Shown piece after piece: positions 57,964-64,000 of a stretch of DNA of 64,000 bases. Origin of the DNA: Peptostreptococcales bacterium (GTDB taxonomy: Bacteria; Bacillota; Clostridia; Peptostreptococcales; Acidaminobacteraceae); contig JBBRVO010000001.1 of the NCBI GenBank assembly GCA_038246775.1, positions 44,728-108,727 of the forward strand, written 5' to 3'. Under the pieces are notes generated by a model. The model made no database searches, was not told where the DNA came from, and saw only the letters and a list, made by a program, of their open reading frames with translations. Every line of letters begins with the position of its first letter. Position 1 is the stretch's first letter. The position numbers and the translations under genes are program-made.

Positions 57964-59760
57964 ATGGATTTTTATAGATCACATGTACTTGTATGTGGTG
58001 GTACAGGGTGTGTTTCTTCTGGATCGGCAACGATTGAAGAAATGTTTAATAGTGCATTATTAGCAAAAGGACTTGAAAAAGAAGTTAAAGTTGTAAGAAC
58101 TGGCTGTTTCGGATTATGTGAAGCAGGGCCAATATGCATCGTCTATCCTGAAGGTTCTTTCTATTCACACGTTAAACTTGAAGACGTTGAGAGAATTGTT
58201 GAAGAACATTTATTAAAAGGTCGCATCGTTCAAGACCTTTTATACCTTGATAAATCAGCAAATGTAGCTGAAATTCAAACATCAATCAACGAAATACCGT
58301 TTTACAAAAAACAAAAAAGAGTGGCGCTTAAAAACTGTGGCGTTATTAACCCAGAAGTGATAGAAGAGTATATTGCATTTGACGGTTACCAAGCACTTGG
58401 TAAAGCACTCACTCAAATGACACCTGGTCAAGTTCTAGATGAAATGAAAAAATCTGGTCTTCGTGGCAGAGGCGGCGGTGGCTTCCCAACTGGTCTTAAG
58501 TGGGAATTTGCAGCTAAATCACTCGGAGACATTAAATATGTAGCCTGTAACGCTGATGAGGGCGATCCTGGCGCATTCATGGACCGTTCAGTGCTTGAAG
58601 GCGATCCGCATGCTATTATCGAAGCAATGGCAATTGCAGCCTATGCAATTGGCGCTGAAAAAGGCTACGTTTATATCCGTGCAGAGTATCCAATCGCTGT
58701 TAAGCGTTTAGGTATCGCGATTGCTCAAGCCAACGAAATGGGCTTGATGGGTAAAGATATTTTAGGAACGGGCTTCAACTTCGAAATGGAAATTCGCTTA
58801 GGTGCGGGAGCATTCGTTTGTGGCGAAGAAACCGCACTAATCGCTTCTATTGAAGGCGAACGCGGTATGCCTAGACCTAAGCCACCATTTCCAGCACAAA
58901 AGGGTATTTTCGGCAAACCGACCGTTATCAACAACGTTGAGACGTATGCGGTAGTGCCACAAATCATATTAAACGGCGCAGAGTGGTTTACGTCATTCGG
59001 CACTGAAAAATCACCTGGCACAAAAGTATTTGCTTTAGGCGGTAAAATCAATAATACGGGCTTAGTAGAAGTCCCTATGGGTACACCACTTAGAGAAGTT
59101 ATCTACGATATCGGTGGCGGCATTCCGAATGGCCGTAAGTTTAAAGCGGTTCAAACGGGTGGCCCATCAGGTGGTTGCTTGACTGAAGCACATCTTGATA
59201 CACTGATTGACTTTGACACACTTACAGCGCTTGGCTCAATGATGGGTTCTGGCGGTATGATCGTCGTTGACGATACAAACTGTATGGTCGACTTTGCTCG
59301 ATTCTTCTTAGACTTCACGGTTGATGAATCATGTGGCAAATGTGTGCCTTGTAGAGAAGGTACTAAGAGAATGCTCGAAATGCTTGAAAAAATTACTTCG
59401 GGTCATGGCACAATGGAAGATCTAGATAAACTTGAAGATTTAGCACATTCAATTAAAGATTCTTCACTCTGCGGACTTGGACAAACTGCGCCAAATCCAG
59501 TTCTTTCAACTTTAAAATACTTTAGAGACGAGTACATCGCTCACGTCGTAGATAAAAAATGTCCTGCTGGCATGTGCCAAGATTTGTTATCCATCGTCAT
59601 CATTGATGGTTGTATCGGTTGTACGGCTTGTGCACGCGTATGTCCAGTAGATGCAATTTCTGGCGCGGTTAAACAAAATCATGTTATCGATCAAGCAAAA
59701 TGTATCAAATGTGGCGCTTGTATCCCGAAATGTCCTAAGAAAGTTATTGTTAAACAATAA
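57964..59760 (+). CDS. hndC: NuoF-like FMN/NAD(P)H-binding subunit (HndC/HydB)
   Basis: GRGGGGFPTG, CNADEGDPGAFM, GAFVCGEET, GGPSGG, ESCGKC.PCREG, and a C-terminal 2x[4Fe-4S] domain. Confidence 0.94.
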   Translation: MDFYRSHVLVCGGTGCVSSGSATIEEMFNSALLAKGLEKEVKVVRTGCFGLCEAGPICIVYPEGSFYSHVKLEDVERIVEEHLLKGRIVQDLLYLDKSANVAEIQTSINEIPFYKKQKRVALKNCGVINPEVIEEYIAFDGYQALGKALTQMTPGQVLDEMKKSGLRGRGGGGFPTGLKWEFAAKSLGDIKYVACNADEGDPGAFMDRSVLEGDPHAIIEAMAIAAYAIGAEKGYVYIRAEYPIAVKRLGIAIAQANEMGLMGKDILGTGFNFEMEIRLGAGAFVCGEETALIASIEGERGMPRPKPPFPAQKGIFGKPTVINNVETYAVVPQIILNGAEWFTSFGTEKSPGTKVFALGGKINNTGLVEVPMGTPLREVIYDIGGGIPNGRKFKAVQTGGPSGGCLTEAHLDTLIDFDTLTALGSMMGSGGMIVVDDTNCMVDFARFFLDFTVDESCGKCVPCREGTKRMLEMLEKITSGHGTMEDLDKLEDLAHSIKDSSLCGLGQTAPNPVLSTLKYFRDEYIAHVVDKKCPAGMCQDLLSIVIIDGCIGCTACARVCPVDAISGAVKQNHVIDQAKCIKCGACIPKCPKKVIVKQ

Positions 59761-59802
59761 CCCACGGGCTAATCTAGATTATATGAAAGAGGTGTACGTA
59801 TC

Positions 59803-61551
59803 GTGAGTAAAGTAAGTTTGTCTATAAATGGACTTCAGTATGACGTCCCAAGTGAATTAACCGTATTGGAAGCAGCGAGAACAGTCGGCATCGATATTCC
59901 GACGCTATGTTTCCTTAAAGATATTAACGAAGTTGGCGCATGCCGCGTGTGCGTCGTCGAAGTTGAAGGTGCAAGAGCGCTTCAAGCATCATGTGTATTG
60001 CCAGTGCGCGAAGGTATGGTCGTCAACACGAACAACAATCGCGTCAGAAAAGCTAGAAAAAATACAGTTGAACTCTTACTTGCAAATCACAACAGAGAAT
60101 GTACAACGTGTGTAAGAAGTAAGAACTGTGAACTTCAAGCCGTTTCTGAAGAACTCGGTATCCGTTCAATCGCATATGAAGGCGAAAAAAGAGAGCCATC
60201 TTATGACGATTTATCCCCATCAATCATCAGAGATTCTAGTAAATGTATTCTTTGTGGCCGTTGTGTCAGCGCTTGTAAAAACGTTCAAGGCATCGGTATC
60301 TTAGAATTCTTGAACAGAGGTTTTAAAACAACGGTTGGTCCTGCATTTGAAATGAGCATGAAAGATGTACCATGTATCTACTGTGGACAATGTATGGTCG
60401 TATGTCCAGTTGGCGCATTGACAGAAAAATCGTCTATTGCTCAAGTTTGGAATTACCTTGAAGACAAAACTAAGCACGTTATCGTTCAATCTGCACCAGC
60501 AGTAAGGGCAGCACTAGGCGAAGAATTTGGTTTCCCAATTGGTACAAACGTGACAGGAAAACTTGCTACTGCACTCAGAAGACTTGGTTTTGATAAAGTA
60601 TTCGATACAAACTGGGCAGCAGACGTAACAATTATGGAGGAAGGCACTGAGCTTCTTGGCAGAATCCAAAACGGTGGCGTTCTCCCTATGATCACATCTT
60701 GTTCACCAGGTTGGGTCAGATATATTGAATTCCAATATCCAGAACTCTTACCACATTTATCAACTTGTAAATCACCACAAAATATGTTCGGTGCCCTTGC
60801 AAAAAGCTACTACGCTGAAAAAGCAGGCATTGACCCTAAAGACATCATCGTTGTTTCTGTTATGCCTTGTACATCTAAGAAGTCTGAAATTGTAAGACCT
60901 GAACTAGAAGTTGATGGCAACAGAGACGTTGACGTTTCTATTACAACGAGAGAGCTTGCGCTTATGATTAAAGAAGCAAGACTCGAGTTTGATAAACTTG
61001 AAGAAGGCACTTTTGATCCTTTCATGGGCGATTACACAGGCGCAGGCGTTCTTTTCGGCGCGACTGGTGGTGTTATGGAAGCAGCGCTTAGAACCGTTGC
61101 TGACGTTTTGACAGGCCAAGACCTTGAAAATGTTGAGTACACAGCGGTTCGTGGTATCGAAGGCATCAAAGAAGCAACTGTAAATGTCGCTGGCATGGAT
61201 ATCAAGATTGCAGTAGCGCACAATACAACCAATGCTGGTATTCTTCTTGAAAAAATCAAGAAGGGTGAAGCGGATTACCACTTTATCGAAGTCATGGCAT
61301 GTCCTGGCGGATGTGTTAACGGTGGTGGTCAACCAATTCAACCTTCAAGAGTTAGAAATGTGATCGATATCAGAACCGAACGTGCAAAGGCGTTGTACTC
61401 TGAAGATGCTGCAAAAACAGTTAGAAAATCACATAAAAATCCTGAAATCAAAAAACTTTATGACGATTACCTCGGTAAGCCAAATAGCCATAAAGCGCAT
61501 GAGTTGCTCCATACGCACTTTGTAGCAAGAGAAAAATTCCCACTTAAGTAA
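59803..61551 (+). CDS. hndD: [FeFe]-hydrogenase catalytic subunit (HndD/HydA, group A)
   Basis: H-cluster motifs ITSCSPGW, MPCTSKKSE and EVMACPGGCVNGGGQP, with N-terminal Fe-S domains. Confidence 0.95.
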   Translation: MSKVSLSINGLQYDVPSELTVLEAARTVGIDIPTLCFLKDINEVGACRVCVVEVEGARALQASCVLPVREGMVVNTNNNRVRKARKNTVELLLANHNRECTTCVRSKNCELQAVSEELGIRSIAYEGEKREPSYDDLSPSIIRDSSKCILCGRCVSACKNVQGIGILEFLNRGFKTTVGPAFEMSMKDVPCIYCGQCMVVCPVGALTEKSSIAQVWNYLEDKTKHVIVQSAPAVRAALGEEFGFPIGTNVTGKLATALRRLGFDKVFDTNWAADVTIMEEGTELLGRIQNGGVLPMITSCSPGWVRYIEFQYPELLPHLSTCKSPQNMFGALAKSYYAEKAGIDPKDIIVVSVMPCTSKKSEIVRPELEVDGNRDVDVSITTRELALMIKEARLEFDKLEEGTFDPFMGDYTGAGVLFGATGGVMEAALRTVADVLTGQDLENVEYTAVRGIEGIKEATVNVAGMDIKIAVAHNTTNAGILLEKIKKGEADYHFIEVMACPGGCVNGGGQPIQPSRVRNVIDIRTERAKALYSEDAAKTVRKSHKNPEIKKLYDDYLGKPNSHKAHELLHTHFVAREKFPLK

Positions 61552-61562
61552 CCAATTTTAAC

Positions 61563-61598
61563 AAACGAGTCCATTGAAATATATGGACTCGTTTTTTT
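61563..61598 (+). terminator. Intrinsic terminator after the hydrogenase operon
   Basis: aaacgagtccat / atggactcgttt stem plus a T run. Confidence 0.85.
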
Positions 61599-61738
61599 GC
61601 TTTTGGGGTTTTATTTTTCAAATAATTGTGTGGTGTAAATTGTATTGTATGGTTTAAATAACCCTCAAAATAGTTTACAATGATAAGTAGTCTATAAAAA
61701 TAAGCGTCACAATAAATACACGACTGAAGGAGAACAAC

Positions 61739-62374
61739 TTGAATAATATTGAAAGGCCACTTGTCATTTCCATAGAGGGCGGCGAAGGTGCTGGCAAATC
61801 AACCATTATAGATGAAATTGCTAAATATTTCATTGAAAAAAATTTGGATTTCATAGTAACCAGAGAACCTGGTGGCGTTAGAATCGCTGAAATGATCAGA
61901 AATATCATTCTTGAGAAGACCTATACTGAGATGGACCCGCGTACCGAAGCATTGCTATTTGCCGCCGCTAGAAGGCAACATCTCGTAGAAAAGGTTCTGC
62001 CAGCCCTTAGAGAAGGTAAAATTGTGATTTTTGATCGCTTTGTCGATTCATCACTGGTCTATCAAGGCTATGTGCGCGGTATTGGCGTAGAGGCGGTATA
62101 TGACATCAACCAATTTGCCATTGAAGGCTTTCTACCGGATTTGACACTTTATTTGGATGTCGACCCATCGGTTGGATTGAATCGAATTGCCATCAATCCC
62201 AACAGAGAGATTAATAAGCTCGATTTGGAGGGGCTACATTTTCATCAGAAAGTACAGGAAGGTTATCTTATGCTATTTAAAGCATTTCCCGAAAGAATTG
62301 TAAAAATCAATGCAAATGATACGCTTGAAAACGTTCTTATAACTGTAATAAAAGAAATTGAACAACGGCTGTAA
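61739..62374 (+). CDS. tmk: Thymidylate kinase
   Basis: IEGGEGAGKST, TREPGG, LLFAAARRQH and DRFVDSS..YQG. TTG start after GGAG. Confidence 0.95.
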   Translation: MNNIERPLVISIEGGEGAGKSTIIDEIAKYFIEKNLDFIVTREPGGVRIAEMIRNIILEKTYTEMDPRTEALLFAAARRQHLVEKVLPALREGKIVIFDRFVDSSLVYQGYVRGIGVEAVYDINQFAIEGFLPDLTLYLDVDPSVGLNRIAINPNREINKLDLEGLHFHQKVQEGYLMLFKAFPERIVKINANDTLENVLITVIKEIEQRL

Positions 62375-62397
62375 AGATGTTATAATGAAAGTGTAAA

Positions 62398-62415
62398 TTG
62401 TTAAATAATTAACTT
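62398..62415. promoter_or_regulatory. Candidate Rex operator upstream of the DRTGG cluster
   Basis: TTGTTAA-ataa-TTAACTT (12/14 match), downstream of an extended -10 (TG-t-TATAAT, 62378-62386). Confidence 0.65.
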
Positions 62416-62438
62416 TGTTGGTTGTTTCGTAGGAGGCA

Positions 62439-62789
62439 ATGATGCACTTAAAAGATATTCAAGAATTGATTGAAGCAGATGTGCTCGCATATGAGCAAGG
62501 ATTAAATTTAGACATAAAATCAGCTTTCGGATCGGATCTCATGAGCGATGTGCTCGCTTATGTTGAAGAAGACACGTTGTTGATAACAGGATTGACAAAT
62601 CAACAAGTCATAAGGACAGCCGAAATGTTAGATTTGAAGGCTATTTTATTTGTACGTGGTAAAATACCTTGCCAAGAAGTTGTAGCGCTCGCTGAAGAAA
62701 AAAAAATATTGCTGATGATGACCAGGGAAACCCTCTTCACAGTTTCGGGTATCTTATATGGTTCAGGGTTGCGGGGCATTTCGATTTAG
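62439..62789 (+). CDS. DRTGG-domain protein (hydrogenase-cluster associated)
   Basis: AFGSDLMSDVL, LLITGLTNQQVIRTAEM and FVRGK.P. Confidence 0.88.
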   Translation: MMHLKDIQELIEADVLAYEQGLNLDIKSAFGSDLMSDVLAYVEEDTLLITGLTNQQVIRTAEMLDLKAILFVRGKIPCQEVVALAEEKKILLMMTRETLFTVSGILYGSGLRGISI

Positions 62790-62852
62790 GTCGACACGAG
62801 ATTGGATGATGTGCGCTGTCATTCGCAGAGAGACACGAGAGGATTCTGATTT

Positions 62853-63299
62853 ATGAAATCATATTATAAAAATGATGAAAATGTTGCGATGAAACTACAT
62901 TACGATATTGTTCGCGATGATTTTTCCCGTGCTGGGGAAGCTTCCAGTAAAATCAAGACGACATTACGCCAACTGGCTATCGATGCGAACATTCAAAGGC
63001 GAATTGCCATTGCTACCTATGAGGCTGAAATAAACCTCGTCATACATTCGCTTGGTGGCAGTATCGATGTTTTTATTAAACCTGAATGCATCGAAGTGTA
63101 TGTGGAAGATGTCGGACCGGGGATAGAAAACGTTGAACGCGCAATGTCTAAAGGTTTTTCGACGGCGACTAATGTCGCGAGAGAAATGGGTTTTGGCGCG
63201 GGTATGGGTTTGCCAAATATGGAAAAAGTGAGCGATGAATTCATTATAGAGTCGTCACTCAACGTAGGCACGTATATTAAAATGGTGGTTAATTATTAG
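62853..63299 (+). CDS. RsbW/anti-sigma-like HATPase Ser/Thr kinase (hydrogenase-cluster associated)
   Basis: DFSRAGEAS, IATYEAEIN..IH, DVGPGI, G.STA and MGFGAGMGLPN. Confidence 0.88.
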   Translation: MKSYYKNDENVAMKLHYDIVRDDFSRAGEASSKIKTTLRQLAIDANIQRRIAIATYEAEINLVIHSLGGSIDVFIKPECIEVYVEDVGPGIENVERAMSKGFSTATNVAREMGFGAGMGLPNMEKVSDEFIIESSLNVGTYIKMVVNY

Positions 63300-63328
63300 T
63301 CAATACATCCTCAATATTGGAGGTAAGA

Positions 63329-64000
63329 ATGAAGAACTATTGGCATTCAGTAGTGCTTGAAAAAGACTATTGCACGGGTTGCACACACTGTCTGGATCGC
63401 TGCCCGACACAAGCCATTCGCATCATTGAAGGTAAGGCGCGAATTATTGAAGAACGGTGCATCGATTGTGGTGAGTGCCTAAGGGTATGTCCATACCATG
63501 CAAAAGGCGCTTTGGTGAGCAGTCTAGATATTTTGAAAAATTACAAATACACGGTTGCATTGCCAGCCGTTTCATTTTACGGACAATTTCCTGAGGAATA
63601 TCCCATGAACACGATTTACAACGGTTTGCTCGATCTAGGGTTTGACGAAGTCTATGATACGGCTCATGCTGCTGAGCTTTTATCCGTCTATGAAAATGAA
63701 GTGCTAGATAAGGAAAAACTCAATAAGCCGTTAATCTCCACATATTGTCCGGTTATTACAAGACTCATTCAAATTAAATATCCCGCTTTAATCGACAATA
63801 TCATCAAGCTTGAAGCGCCCATGGAGATTTCTGCCAGACACGTACGCAAGCGACTGATTAGTGAAGGTTATAAGGATGAAGATATTGGCATTATCTACAT
63901 CACGCCTTGTCCGGCTAAAGTAACGAGTATTAAGGATCCGATTGGCATTACTAAATCCAATATTGATGAAGCGGTATCTACTGAAGAAATTTATTATAAA
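63329..64000 (+). CDS. [FeFe]-hydrogenase-like protein with N-terminal 2x[4Fe-4S] (putative sensory type); partial, runs off the window and is absent from the ORF track
   Basis: Read by hand from ATG 63329 (GGAGG RBS) and open to base 64000: MKNYWHSVVLEKDYCTGCTHCLDRCP...CIDCGECLRVCP...LISTYCPVI...ITPCPAKV. Confidence 0.9.
   Translation, partial: MKNYWHSVVLEKDYCTGCTHCLDRCPTQAIRIIEGKARIIEERCIDCGECLRVCPYHAKGALVSSLDILKNYKYTVALPAVSFYGQFPEEYPMNTIYNGLLDLGFDEVYDTAHAAELLSVYENEVLDKEKLNKPLISTYCPVITRLIQIKYPALIDNIIKLEAPMEISARHVRKRLISEGYKDEDIGIIYITPCPAKVTSIKDPIGITKSNIDEAVSTEEIYYK

Noticed and set aside
60694-60714. TSCSP instead of TSCCP in hydrogenase motif P1 as a sign of inactivation
   Set aside because: TSC(C/S)P is within the established P1 consensus of group A multimeric enzymes.
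62805-62852. In-frame TGA (62847-62849) upstream of the HATPase gene as selenocysteine, and the gacacgaga direct repeat nearby
   Set aside because: A good RBS precedes ATG 62853, the upstream frame has no homologous-looking sequence or SECIS-like hairpin, and a 9-bp repeat pair is expected by chance.
19-63271. The many 60-145 aa ORFs in the track that overlap longer genes (e.g. 1817-2107, 13105-13380, 15738-16133, 21391-21735, 43101-43442, 45475-45861, 58725-59051, 60904-61341)
   Set aside because: They are antisense or alternative-frame shadows of well-supported genes, with no RBS or recognisable motifs.
1-64000. CRISPR arrays, rRNA, tRNA, IS elements, integrases and prophage genes
   Set aside because: I saw no regularly spaced repeats, RNA-gene signatures, or transposase, integrase or phage-like ORFs. 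The kinase-vWA-PP2C operon has no visible att sites or mobility genes.

Overview
A 64-kb chromosomal segment from a low-GC anaerobic Firmicute of the class Clostridia (the lineage is an impression from gene content, not verified). I found no rRNA, tRNA, CRISPR array, integrase or transposase. Most of the window is housekeeping: two two-component systems, an M29 aminopeptidase, korAB-type 2-oxoacid:ferredoxin oxidoreductase, htpG with a perfect CIRCE element, addBA-cysQ-yjjG, acpS-alr-mazF, DUF5693-csaB-tagA, an S1-domain protein, a LonC-type protease, ftsEX-M23 peptidase-S41 protease, uvrBAC with an SOS box, a four-gene Hnd/Hyd-type [FeFe]-hydrogenase operon, tmk, and the start of a DRTGG/HATPase/sensory-hydrogenase-like cluster that runs off the right end. 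Four things stand out. (1) A terminator-bounded four-gene operon at 6177-10776 (membrane protein, atypical Ser/Thr kinase, TerY-like vWA protein, PP2C phosphatase) is a variant of the TerY-P triad; its phosphatase carries a C-terminal, collinear, apparently catalytically dead copy of the partner kinase's C-terminal half. (2) A candidate stand-alone ~107-nt sRNA at about 33421-33527 has its own promoter and terminator and a C-rich anti-Shine-Dalgarno loop. (3) An intact MazF/NdoA toxin has only an amber-interrupted remnant where its antitoxin normally lies. (4) Three Rex-like operators and a switch-like RNA structure lie in intergenic regions. All product calls come from motif recognition by eye; no database searches were run.
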